A stretch of 64,000 bases of DNA, taken from assembly GCA_012295275.1 (NCBI GenBank), contig CM022677.1, positions 19,282,001 to 19,346,000 on the forward strand. The letters run 5' to 3'. A model generated the notes under the pieces. The model was not told where the DNA came from, did not search any database, and worked only from the letters and a program-made list of their open reading frames with translations. The DNA is from Chrysomallon squamiferum. Taxonomy: Eukaryota; Animalia; Mollusca. Positions 1-23,274 of this stretch are shown piece by piece. Made by a program: the position numbers and the translations under genes. Positions within the stretch are counted from its first letter, which is position 1, and each line of letters starts with the position of its first letter.

Positions 1-353
1 TTAAAGCGATTTTCGTGTAGCACTTTAGGTTTATTTTTTTCTTCTTTCTTCTTTATTTGTTCATGAATAAATATGTCGATGATGATATGCGCAATAATAA
101 TAATAATAATAATAATGATAATAATAATAATAATAGTAATATTATTATGGTTAATATTGATCTTTTGTTTCTTCTTTTTCTTTTTCTTTCTGCTACTATT
201 AATACTTCTACTATTAATAATAATAATAATAATAATAGTTCTATATTAAAGATAAAACTACAACAACAACTACTACCACTACTGCTTCATTGGTTTTCTT
301 TTACTATATTATTATTATTATTATTATTAATGTTATTATTATTATTATTATTA

Positions 354-414
<61 letters not shown>

Positions 415-853
415 GGTTTTATTGTTATTGGTCTTGTTGCTGTTTTTATGGTTGTGTTTACTTATTTGTTTATTTATTCATTTATTCATTCGTTCATTTA
501 CTGAATTATTTATTTATTACTGTTTTTACCATTGCTGATACTGCTTCTGTTTGTCATACTGTCTTTATTGTTATTAGTAAATAAACATGTTGACAGACAC
601 AGATAAATAGTTTACTAGACAAGAAGACAGCAACAAAGAGATACAAAAACGGAAACAATAGCAATAAACATAACAATAGAGAGGACGAGGGACTGGGAGA
701 AACAAAGGAAAAGACAAAGAAAGGAACACTGAGAGAAGTAATGAGAAAAAAGACACGTAGATACTTAGAGAGATACAGACAGACAGACTGAAAGTGAGAG
801 ACAAACAAATATACAGAAAAACGAGACAGTCACAGAAATAGACAAGACAGATG

Positions 854-914
<61 letters not shown>

Positions 915-1397
915 GGATACCACGGATACAGACAGAGAAACAAACAGAGAGAGAGACCGACAGAGAGACAGATGAAAATTATAGAATGGAAGACAGACAG
1001 AGAGACGGAGAGAGACGGACAAACATTCAGAGACAGAGAAACATCATAGAATGAGAAGCAGGCAAGTCAGAGAGAGAGAGAGAGAGAGAGAGATTAATAA
1101 TGACCGGCTTATAAGCGTGTATTGTGCTTTTAAGATGTTCGTTTTCCACCAGAACACATTAATTTATAAAAAGTACTTTGTATGGGCGCTTGACAGCTAC
1201 TTAGATAAATAGTCAGGTGCGACAGAAAACTGGTAAACAGGTAGAACAGACAAAATTAGTTTGATAAATAAATAAATAAATAAATAAATAGGTAGGTTAG
1301 AGAGACAGACAGACAGAAAGACAGATTGATAATTATTATTGTTGTTATTGTCGTTGTTGTTATTTTGTTGGTGTTGTTGTTGTTGTTGATATTGTTA

Positions 1398-1432
<35 letters not shown>

Positions 1433-3340
1433 GCATTTTTTATTATGCGATTTTGTATAAAAAATTAATTTACTGAAAGTACACACACACACACACACAC
1501 AAAAACACACACACTCGTCCAAATATATACATACACATTTATATACATACATTTAAGCATTCATACGTCCATTCATACATGTATATATATATACATATGT
1601 ATACACACACACATGCATGCATATATACACATACATATATATACATAAAAAAAGCATAGAAAAAGAACAAATTAATTCAAGTTTACCTTTTAGTCTATAT
1701 AATATAGAAATTATTTAGCATTTTAAATAAAAATAAAACTGATACAATTTTTCTTTATTATATTTTAGTAATATGCGTATTTCAAATAAAACCAAAACCA
1801 GTTTCATGCATAATTATTAGCTGTAATATATATGTATATATATATATATATATATACAGACGCACATACAATGATCAATGCATTTTTATTGTAACAAAAT
1901 TAATGTATGTGATACCTTTTGTTGTAACATATCGTACTGTTAGCTGTTGAACGCTGTAATTAAGCAAGAAATCATCACGCGCTAATCGCTGAGTCACGTG
2001 ACATCTGATACGCTGATTGTTTACGTTGTTATTTACCATGTGTCGTCTGTGTGTTTGTGCACGTGTCTGTCAGGTATTGATCAAACGTGGTAACAGATGG
2101 GGTTTTTTAACAATTCACTTTGTTTTTGAAACGTGTCTGTTGAATTTTACGTTCTTAAAACGAATCAGAAACAAAAAAATAGAGATTGCTATTGGCATTA
2201 CTTTCGTAAATACGTCCATGCAAATGTATTAGAAAACACAATATAAAAGCATAAACATGTATACATATGTGTGTATATATATATATACATATACACACAC
2301 ACACACATACACACACATGCACATATATATTATATACGCGTACACTGAAGTTGTTGCAGCTTTAGCAATTGAAGATTACAAGCACGCACGCACACACACA
2401 CACAAACATACAAACACATTGAAATGAAAAGTCATTTCTTTGATGCAGACAAATAGAAAGAGAAAGAAAAACAAAATGAAAGAGAGGCTGATATAGATAG
2501 AAAGACGAATTGAGAGAGATAGAAAAGAGAGAAAGAGAAAGAGAGAGAGAGTAAGATCGAAAGAAACAGAGTTGGTGAGAGAGATTTTTCCATCCCCTTT
2601 TGAATGTTTATTATTTTCAGTATCCTGATTTTCTTGACATTATTTATATATTATATTTAAAGATAGGGGGGAAAAAAAGGTTAAAATCCTTAAAGAGAAA
2701 AAGTAGAAAAAAAGGTTAAAATCCTTAAAAAGAAAAAGTAGAAAAAGATGTTTAGTTAAACGATTTCTCAAAATAAGAGTTTTAATTCTTCTTTTAACTA
2801 TTCATTTTAACTTTCTTGGTCTTGTTTTTTTTTCTATTTCTTCTTCTTCTCAGTATCAGTAACAGTAATAATGAGATGATGATGATGGTGATAATAATTA
2901 TTATAAGAAGAAGAAGAAGAAGTAATAAAAGAAAGTAATAGATTAGGAAAAACAATAACGAAAATAATTTATTTTTTTTCCTTCGAGTTGTTTATTTCTG
3001 CTTTTTCTTCCTCTATCTTGTCCTTTCGTTCTTCTTTTTACATTTTTTCTTCTGTTTTCTTCTATTTCTCTTTTGTTATTTTTGTCTAGCAGTCTTCATT
3101 TTTACTCACTTCATCTATTTTTGCCTTCTCTCTTTTTTCTCCTTTCTTCATTTTTTTTCTTTTATTTTAATATTTTTCCTTCAGTTGTCGTTTTTTCAAA
3201 TTATGATCTTATTTATTTATTTATTTATTTATTTTTATTTTATTATTTTTTTTTTTTCTTCTTTTTTAAATTTCAGAATAATGTACTTCTTTAGCACAGG
3301 TTATATATATAACTGTAAAGTTGTACAATAAAAACATTAT

Positions 3341-3380
<40 letters not shown>

Positions 3381-3561
3381 CTATTAATAATAATAGCAAT
3401 CTCTATGATGCATTGAAATGTATAACACAACATGACATTTGTTTGACATAACTGACCTTAAAATGGATTGTTACAACTTCGTCATAATGAATGTCGATTA
3501 GTCATTCAGTCTATATCTATCTATCTATCTATATATATATATATATATATCTATATTTATA

Positions 3562-3594
<33 letters not shown>

Positions 3595-3672
3595 ATACAA
3601 TTATAGTGTTATTTTAATCAATCAAGCACAGCGATATAGATTCTCGTATCTAAATGTATCCAAAGTTGCCAT

Positions 3673-3783
<111 letters not shown>

Positions 3784-5043
3784 GATGTGAAAAGAGGAGA
3801 GTGAAAGTTCTGACGTCACAAACTGCTTGCAGTAAGATCGAGAGTAGGCCTAAATTAGTTTTGTAATAAAGTGAATAAAAAGAAAGAAAGAGAGAAAGGG
3901 GGGAAAAATATATATATAAATAATAAAGGAGAAAGAAAAGAAGATAGAAAAAGGAGAAAGAAGAAAGTTGCTAAGGAAGAAAATCAATTAGAAAGATATA
4001 TTATATTATATTATATTATACACTTTGCTTTAATGTAATATCAAATTTGAAAACTGCATGTGCCCTATGAGTAGTAGCGAAATACCAGTTAGATAAGTAA
4101 GTTTCTCTGCAACGCGTTTTTCCCGTTCTAACAGACGTTAGAATTACAGATTTACACGTCATCTTTTACACAAACTTTGACAACTCCGTATCTTTCTTTC
4201 ATTTCTTCTTTTCTTTTATAACTTTTAATTTTTTCTGACACTCAAGATTCTTGCTAAAAGTACAAGACTTTCAACGAATAGAATCCATTATTTTTTTCTG
4301 TTCTTTCTTTTTTTTTTTGGTCTTTCGTTTGTTCTTTTGAAACTTCCTCCATTATATTCACTGAATCGCCCGTAGCAATTTTCCCCTCTACTCTTATTAC
4401 AACATTTTTTTCACAGTTGTAAACACAACCAGCTAATACCCTGACTGTAACAGAAACTAGTAACTATTCAAAATTAATATTTACATTATATATATATTTT
4501 TTTTCATACGTTAAACTTTTTGACAGAAGTCTATGGTACCCTCTACAGTTGTGCAGTTATGACATTAAGATCGCAGTACCCTCCGTAGCTGTGTATTTGA
4601 TTATACATGTACAGAGTAGACAATGAAGTAGCGTAGTTGTAGTTGCTTTAACAGGCTGTTCGATATTTAAAATATTAACAATTGCATTTGTCTTTGTTGT
4701 TGTTGTTGTTGTTGGTGGTGGCGGTGGTGGTGGTGGTGATATTATTGTTGTTGTTCTTGTTGTTGCTGTTATCGTTGATATTACTACAACAACAACTACT
4801 ACTACTACTACTACTACTACCACTAGTGCTACTACTACAACTTCTACTACTACAACTATACTATGTTTAGAATAATTTAACTTTTTTTTACTTATGTGTA
4901 AATGTGTGTGTGTCTGCGTTTAAGCATACGCACCAATGAAAAACAAAGAGCTTAACAAACATCCCCCCAAGGAAAACAAACTGAAAGACTAAAAACAAAA
5001 AATCATTAACAAAATTTTAACACTATTATTTATCTCTTTTCAG

Positions 5044-15150
<10,107 letters not shown>

Positions 15151-16077
15151 GAGAAGGAAGACACAAATTTATTTTAAAAGGAGAAGAAAAGAAATATTCA
15201 AGGAACACAAAAAATTCAGAACATTTTTCAAAAAATACATAAATACATAACGATGATACGTCATAAATCAATCTTGCATAATTTGAATAACTCCGCCCCC
15301 TTTTATAATGCATATACATAATTTAAATACCTTGAAATGACCAAACGTTCTTGTGTATGTAAATGAGTCCCTGGTTCATTTGAATATTTAAATATGTTTT
15401 AGAGTTGTGAATGAAACAACACATTTTTTATTAATTTATTTTTGTTTGTTTTCTGTTTCATTTATTTTATTATTATTTTTTTATTATTATTTTTTTATTA
15501 TTTTTTTTTTTTTTATTATTTTTTTTATTAATTTATTAATTAATTTATTTATTTATTTGTTATTCTAATTGTTTATTTTTTTATTTACTTATTTATTTAT
15601 TTACGTATTTTATTTATTTATTGACTTATTTATTTATTACTTTATTTATTTATTTGTTATTCTCTTTTTTATTTTTTTTTATTTATTTTATTTTTTTTTT
15701 TTTTCGTATTTTATTTATTTATTTTTTTTTATTAATTTATTTTTTTTTTTAATCCTTTTTTTAAATTTCTATTTTTAATTAATATTTAATTTCTTTTAAA
15801 TTTATTATTATTTTTTTTATTATTATTATTATTTTTTTTTTTTTTGTCTTATATACAAGATATACAAGTACTGTACATACATACCTTCATAAACATACCA
15901 TCTTAATATCAGAGAGATATTCAGTTAATTCTGTTGTCGTCACCTTTATACTGGCGCATTTCATTCCTAACGTGACATATTACGTTTTTCTAGTTGTATA
16001 TTTGTTTGTTTGTTTGTTGTTGTTGTTTTTTTCTTATATTTTTTCATTATTGTATTTTTTCTTTATTTCTTTATTAT

Positions 16078-16132
<55 letters not shown>

Positions 16133-16524
16133 CTTTATTTATTTTTGTTTCTTTTTAATACTTTTTTTTTTTTTTTTAAACAATTTTTGTAAGTTTCTCT
16201 TTATTGAAGTAACGTTTTTTTTGATATCATTTATATTGTGTGGTTATTTTTTAGAATTTTTAGAGACACTAATGTGATCAGAGCTTTTTTTATTATAATT
16301 AACGCTGCATTTTCAAATTTATAAAATAGACAAAAATTACATACATATATACATACGTACATACATACACAAACACACACACATACATAGCTATACATAT
16401 TATTATTATTATTATAACTACTACTAATAGTAGTAATATTAGTATTACTACTATTATCATTATTATTATTACTGTTATTATTACTATTAAATAAGAATTA
16501 TTATCATTATTGTTACTGTTATTA

Positions 16525-16583
<59 letters not shown>

Positions 16584-16775
16584 TATTATTAAAACATTTA
16601 TTTTAATGATATCAGTATATATATATTACGTTTGTGTATTACACATACATACACATTACATGTATTGAAGTAATTAGATTCAATATTTGCTATTCAAGAA
16701 CGGTCTATGCATTTGTATACAATTTACATTATTTTGTACCAATATATAATATAAAAGATGATTTAGATAAATAAA

Positions 16776-17178
16776 GTTTTATATAAACGTATAGTTTTAT
16801 ATAGTTTTCAATAATTCCTTCGCTTGTTTTAATCTTTTATATTTAGCATTATGTAAATGCCATAATGGTACCGTTATTTTTATTTTATTATTATTAATAC
16901 TGTAATAGAAGTAAAAGAATAGCAGTAGCTGAAGTTGTAGTAGCTGTAATAGAAGTAGTGGTAAGAGAGATGAAAAAAAAAAAACATAACTGAATGAAAA
17001 ATTATTAAAAAAGAAATGTTAAAACAAAACGGAGAAAAAAGAAAAGATTGAAAGAAAGAAAAACAAGAACGGAAGAAAATAAGACAAGAATCGGCCGAAA
17101 GACAAGACAAAGAATGAATGAAAGAATTTAAAAATAGAGAGAGAAAGATCGGTGAAGGAATAATAGATAACTCAGTAC

Positions 17179-17214
<36 letters not shown>

Positions 17215-17425
17215 GACAGACGAATAGCAACGAAAGATAGCAAAAGCGCAAAAAACCTATTCAGATCTACAAAACCTGCTTAAGTGGGTCAAATATTATA
17301 TTCCGCAATTTCTCACCTCGACTATTAACCTCTGAAAAAAATAAAATCACTTCCACGATTTATCTTCCTTTCCTCTGTTACAAGCACACATTGATTTATT
17401 CCTGTGTGCCTCATAATCTCGTTTA
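16776..17425 (+). repeat. Left ~650-bp direct repeat bounding the TNF cassette
   Basis: Similar to 24730-25425 and 56153-56852 (gttttatataaacgtatag...gtgtgcctcataatctc). Confidence 0.9.
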
Positions 17426-17687
17426 CTAATGTGTCTTTATTAAAAGTAAATAACTACGTTCTTTTTGTTCTTTATTTTTTCCTTCATCATTAATTTCTTC
17501 TTTTCTTTCGTCTCGTCCTATTTTCTTTCCTTTCTTCTTCTGTTCGTTACTTCTTTCCTTTTTTCTTTATCCTTTACTTCATTTCTTCTTTCATTCCTGA
17601 CTACTTAATATAATAATACATCATCATCATGTTCATTTTTCGTCATCATCATTATTATAATTATTATTATTGTTATATACCTCTATT

Positions 17688-18298
17688 AAAAATTACAGAC
17701 AGGACTAAGACTTCTCTGCCCTGTCACCGTATTTTATATTACTGAAAAATAACTGGATGACTTTTATGATGAAAATTTTATACGAATTGGAATTGGGATA
17801 TATATGGATAGAGCAGAACCAGATTAATGAAAATATAAAACATTAGTTGTGCATAATTAAGCAAATGATACATGACTTAGCAAGGCAGAATCTTTCAATT
17901 CAGCTAAATACATCTGTGAACTATAACAAGTTCTATAAATACATCACAGATGGTGTAACATTTGAGTTTCATTTAGCTAAATCAAACTGTCATGACACTG
18001 TATATCGATGAACTGTAAGGAACAGAACTGACCTGAAGCACTGATTCCTGCAATGAACGCAAAACATTAAACCCTTTGAATGATAAAGAATAAAAAAAAA
18101 TAATAATTAAAAAATAATTGGCAAAGCGCCTATCTAATCGGATTCAAGACTGTTTAATCATGTCATTAGCCGGGAAACATCTTAAAAGAAACATCAAAGA
18201 AACATTTCTCAGTTCGCAGTTTGTACCTAAGCGATACACAAGTCTTCTGAAACAAAAAAGAAATGGATGATAACAACGAAAGTATTAATACACTTTAA
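17688..18298 (+). pseudogene. Truncated paralogue of the TNF gene 5' end (upstream region, 5'UTR, first codons MDDNNESINTL*)
   Basis: 18181-18283 aligns to 20916-21018 (cttaaaagaaacatcaaa...aagaaatggat). ATG at 18263 gives MDDNNES versus MDHNNES, then a stop. 17719-17985 aligns to 20269-20520. Confidence 0.7.
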
Positions 18299-18399
18299 AT
18301 GATAATTATGATTGAGTATATTAAACATTTTATTGATATATGTATAAGTTAAATATGAATTCAGTCCAACACACGGCTCCATCACGACACTGTAGTCTG

Positions 18400-19022
18400 A
18401 GTTCTTCCTGAACTGAACAAACTTGATGCCTACGACCAGTCCGTCCGATGAATTTGTCTTCAAACTAGTCTGTTACAGGCTGAAGTTCCTCAGTTAGTTC
18501 GTCTTGCAGAAGCTCAAACAACTCAGTAACATCAGCGAGTGACACACGTGTTAAAGCTGGTGACACACGTGTTAAAGCTGGTGACACACGTGTTAAAGCT
18601 GGTGGTGACACACGTGTTAAAGCTGGTGACACACGTGTTAAAGCTGGTGGTGACACACGTGTTAAAGCTGGTGACACACGTGTTAAAGCTGGTGACACAC
18701 GTGTTAAAGCTGGTGACACACGTGTTAAAGCTAGTGACACACGTGTTAAAGCTGGTGACACACGTGTTAAAGCTGGTGACACACGTGTTAAAGCTGGTGA
18801 CACACGTGTTAAAGCTGGTAGCACACGTGTTAAAGCTGGTGACACACGTGTTAAAGCTGGTGGGACACGTCTTAAAGCTGGTAGCATGCGTGCTGACAGA
18901 GAAAAGACTGGAACTGTTGTGTAGTGCTCTTGTAACTCAGAAGCTTGCACACGACTGAGCGACGTGAGAGAGACAGACCTGCAGTTCAGTGTCTGGAAAC
19001 GTGGCACTCGCGGTGTTTTCAT
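18400..19022 (-). mobile_element. Degenerate MULE/Mutator-like transposase fragment interrupted by a 21-bp minisatellite
   Basis: Minus-strand translation across one frameshift: ENTASATFPDTELQVCLSHVAQS / RVQASELQEHYTTVPVFSLSARMLPAL..(repeat)..ADVTELFELLQDELTEELQPVTD*FEDKFIGRTGRR. This resembles the FP..CxxH..Q / RMLPALAFVP / DYFEDTYIGR blocks of invertebrate MULE transposases (recognised from memory, not searched). Confidence 0.7.
18539..18880. repeat. 21-bp minisatellite, ~16 copies (gtgacacacgtgttaaagctg)
   Basis: Directly visible tandem units; two have a 3-nt insertion. Most units contain the palindrome ACACGTGT. Confidence 0.97.
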
Positions 19023-19024
19023 TG

Positions 19025-19320
19025 TAGCATCTCGTAACCAAATTTCATGTGCAGTGTTTATATTAGTTGTATATTTGTAAAACCCCATATTTCCCAACCG
19101 TACAATAAAATTGGCTGTTTTACTTTGTCAAATAAATCAAGTTTACAGTCGATGGAGAGATCATTCCATCAACTTTTAGCTATCAGGCTACATGTAGCTT
19201 TCGTTGCTTTGTTATACAGTTACTTTACGTTGAAACGGAATAGGCGGGTGTTACAGAAAAAAAAAATGCCTGAATTCCATGACACAGAGTGACATAATCA
19301 TCATGAATCAAAATGTTTTT
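19025..19320 (-). mobile_element. Non-LTR retrotransposon (LINE) ORF2 fragment, region just after the RT core, decayed
   Basis: Minus-strand translation K*LYNKATKATCSLIAKS*WNDLSIDCKLDLFDKVKQPILLYGWEIWGFTNIQLI*TLHMKF matches the LFD..V.PILLYGCEVWG motif of LINE ORF2 proteins; three in-frame stops. Confidence 0.8.
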
Positions 19321-19503
19321 GCTCGAGTAGAAGTATCCATTGTTTGTTTTTTACGTAAGCTGAGCAGTCAACAGTTGTTGGTGTTGGTGTTTTTTATTCA
19401 GTTAATTTGACATAAAAGATGTCACATATAAAATTACAGTAAATTAGAACCTTAAAGACAACGATACTCATAATATAATATATTTGATATAGTATAGTAT
19501 AGT

Positions 19504-20280
19504 TCGGATATTTGATAGGTAGAAGGGCCGAGAATTGTCACCTGGGCAGGAAATGACGTAGAGGGGAATCACCAGTGAGAAATGACTTTGAGGGGAATCA
19601 CCAGTGGGAAATGACTTTGAGGGGAATCACCAGTGGGAAATGGCTTTGAGGGGAATCACCAGTGGGAAATGACTTTGAGGGGAATCACCAGTGGGAAATG
19701 ACGTAGAGGGGAATCACCAGTGGGAAATGACGTAGAGGGGAATCACCAGTGGGAAATGGCTTTGAGGGGAATCACCAGTGGGAAATGACTTTGAGGGGAA
19801 TCACCAGTGGGAAATGACTTTGAGGGGAATCACCAGTGGGAAATGGCTTTGAGGGGAATCACCAGTGGGAAATGACTTTGAGGGGAATCACCGGTGGGAA
19901 ATGACGTAGAGGGGAATCACCGGTGGGAAATGACGTAGAGGGGAATCACCGGTGGGAAATGACGTAGAGGGGAATCACCGGTGGGAAATGACGTAGAGGG
20001 GAATCACCAGTTGGAAATGACGTAGAGGGGAATCACCGGTGGGAAATGACGTAGAGGGGAATCACCGGTTGGAAATGACGTAGAGGGTGATCTCCGGTGG
20101 GAAATGACGTAGAGGGGAATCACCAGTGGGAAATGACGTAGAGGGGAATCACCGATGGGAAATGACGTAGAGGGGAATCACCGGTGGGAAATGACGTAGA
20201 GGGGAATCACCAGTGGGAAATGACGTAGAGGGGAATTCACAGTGGGGGAAATATCCGATGGGGGGAATGCCCTGACACCG
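19504..20280. mobile_element. Putative non-autonomous element with short inverted repeats enclosing the 29-bp array (MITE/Helentron-HINE-like)
   Basis: tcggatattt (19504-19513) and aaatatccga (20249-20258) are perfect inverted repeats. A second copy at ~22135-22258 has the same ends but one repeat unit. The family assignment is inference. Confidence 0.4.
19549..20245. repeat. 29-bp minisatellite, ~24 copies (ggaaatgacgtagaggggaatcaccagtg and variants)
   Basis: Directly visible tandem units; variants cgta/cttt and accagtg/accggtg. Confidence 0.97.
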
Positions 20281-20997
20281 TATTTTATATCATAAACAAA
20301 GAACTGGGTGACTTTTATCAGGAAAACGTTATATGAATTGGGACTGGGATACACAGATTAATGAAAATATTGAAAAATATTTATGCATAATTAAGCAAAT
20401 GATACATGACTTAGCAAGTCAGAATCTTTCAATTCAGATAAATACATCTGTGAAATGTGACAAGTTATATAAATACATCACAGATGGTGTAACAATTCAG
20501 ATTCCTTTAGTTAAATCTGTAGCAATGATTTATAAAAGATACTTGACAAAAGTGAATCTACACATCAGCTGTCAAATGAGACTGGGAGATACAGGAAAAC
20601 TGAGAGAGCAGAAAAGAAAAAAAGTAGATTATGTAACAGTGGTGAGATGAGACTGAACATAAGAAATCACTGTAACATATAAATTACAGAAAAGACTAAG
20701 TCTACTGTTACTCAAAAATAACTGGCAAAGTGCGAATCACTGGGTGTATTGAATTTTACAATGAATTTCACAATGACAATGAGTTTATACTCATCAACTA
20801 TAGAATTGCAGTACAAAGAAGAATGCGTTACCTATATGTATATAATAAAACAAATTAAAAACCACTGATTGGATAGAGGATATCTTGTATAAACATTTCA
20901 TTGGTCAGAAACCGTCTTAAAAGAAACATCAAACAAACATTTCTCAGTTCACAGTTTGTATCAGACCCGTATACAAGTTTTCTCAGATAAAAAAGAA

Positions 20998-23198
20998 ATG
21001 GATCATAACAATGAAAGTTTGTTACAAAACAAAGAAGTGAAACAGAGAAAAAGGTGTAATCCAGGTAGCAGTGACGAGCCACTCATCAAACCAAATGGAG
21101 AAAAAAATTTAGAAAGTTTTGTCAATCCTGACACAAAACGTACGCCAAGAGAAAAAGTGCGTCGAAAACGTGACAAAGATAAAGACGCAGAAAAAGAGAA
21201 AAAGAAATTCTGGACAGAGGTCATTATCCTTTTTCTTTTCATCGACATCTTTCTGGTGATCGTTATATCTCTAACCTTCACTACACCACGGGTGCAGTCA
21301 CAACGTCAAACCGTTGTGCAATGGGACGACGACGTCTGCTTTCCGTGCAAAGATGTTTACCTCACCGACGATGACAAAACTGACAACATCTACGACTTCG
21401 ACGTTCGAGAAGATGGAAATCTCTGCTGTGCTGGTCGTGAGCGAAACCTGATCGACATCGTAACAAAGGTTTTTATTATCATTATTATTATTATTACTAT
21501 TATTACTATTATTGTTATTACTATTATTATTACTAATATTATTATTTTTATGCTTCTTCTTGCTGTTGTTCATGATGTATGTATGTATGTATGTATGTAT
21601 GTATGTATGTATGTATGTATGTATGCTGTTACCTATCAACCAAAATATGTTGATTCTGTTCTACAATTCTATTTATTCGCAGTTTGTAGAAACACAGTAC
21701 CAGCAAGAGAGAGCCAAACGTGAGTAGTAAATCATTCTTAATATACAATAATATTCTTAATACATCTAAAACTAAAAACTGACATTTGTGACACATACAC
21801 ATACACACAAACACACACACACACACAACATTTATATACATACACATTTAACAAAAAACAAAAAACCCCAGAAAACACAGACGTATGTATTAAACTATTT
21901 ATTCATGCTTCGACAGTAAGGCACGTCTGAACGACATTGTCTAGTAAACGACTGGTTCGGTCTGATCACAACTGTTTCTAACTAGCCCGACTGGTCGTGT
22001 TATTAATGTCTGAACTGTGAATTAATTTGCTATCAGTGATCCTATAAACATTAGTACATTCTGTCCCTCACTGATATCACATATCAAACTGCAGTAAATT
22101 AGAAGGTTAAAGACAACGATACTCATAGTATAGTTCGGATATTTGATAGGTAGAAGGGCAGAGAATTGTCACCGGGGCAGGAAATGACGTAGAGGGGAAT
22201 CACCTGTGGGAAATACCCGGAGGGAAATATCCGATGGGGGGGGGATGCCCTGACACCGTATTTTATATCATAAACAAAGAACTGGGTGACTTTTAACAGT
22301 AAACTTTACATGAATTGCGACTGGGATACACAGATTAATGAAAATATTGTAAAATATTTAGACATAATTAAGCAAACGATACATGACTTAGCAAGTCAGA
22401 ATCTTTCAATTCAGTTAAATACATCTGTGAAACGTGACAAATTATGTAAATACATCACAGCTGGTGTAACATTTCAGTTTCCTTTAGTTAAATCTGTAGC
22501 AATGATTTATAAAAGACACTTGATATAAGTGAATCTGCACATCAGCTGGCAGATGAGACTGGGAGACAGGAAAACTGAGAGAGCAGAAAAGAAAAAAAGT
22601 AGATTATGTAACAGTGGTGAGATGAGACTGAACATAAGAACTCACTGTGTAATTTGGGAAAATATTTGATTAAAGCATTTCAATGTCGTAAAGTTTTGAT
22701 TTGTTAGATATAACTTACGTTGTATATTAGTTACAATTCTCCAAATATTTTTTTTTCTAACTAGCCCGACTGGTCCTGTTAATAATGTATGAACGTGAAT
22801 TAATTTGGTATCAGTGATCCTATAAACATTAGTACATTCTGTCCCTCACTCTCTTCCTGTTTGTTTTTTTTTTTTTTTTTTTTTAGATTCTGAATTTCGT
22901 TTTAATGGGGAGAGTGACCGCTCAGCATATCTACGCGAAATTGACTGGGTGAGGTCAGGTGAGGTCATAGTTCATCAAAGGTTAAACAGTAATGAATTAT
23001 TAAAGTATTAAATATTATTGTTAAATAACAGATGTGTTCATTATTTACCATATTAGCTATGTATTGTAAAATAATAATAATAATAATAATAATAATTTAT
23101 CAGTCTCTTTGTTAGATTGCCTAGCTTTAATATGGATATATAGGTGTATATGAGAGAGACATAGAGAAAGAGAGTTTGCTAAACAATTATGATTATTA

Positions 23199-23274
<76 letters not shown>

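Noticed and set aside
57-584. 175-aa ORF and the many similar low-complexity ORFs (poly-ER, SL, IY, LF) in the track
   Set aside because: Microsatellite artefacts; several are frameshifted between the two copies.
4068-4625. Candidate first coding exon(s) of the Sushi gene (donor near 4097, acceptor near 4526)
   Set aside because: The ATG frames hit stops and no signal-peptide exon ending in phase 1 was found, so the 5' end is left unassigned.
18465-19097. 210-aa minus-strand ORF as a real repeat protein
   Set aside because: It fuses an out-of-frame LINE fragment, a MULE relic and a minisatellite, and has no convincing start.
19549-20245. 29-bp repeats as a CRISPR array
   Set aside because: The units are contiguous with no unique spacers, there are no cas genes, and the context is spliced eukaryotic DNA.
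20333-20650. 105-aa ORF (and the related 22286-22528 ORF)
   Set aside because: The paralogous copies differ in start and stop, the third copy is disrupted, and no domain or splice support was seen.
22949-22954. Alternative donor TGG|GTGAGG in TNF exon 3
   Set aside because: Phase 0, which would put the last exon out of frame; the donor at 22958/22959 keeps the frame.
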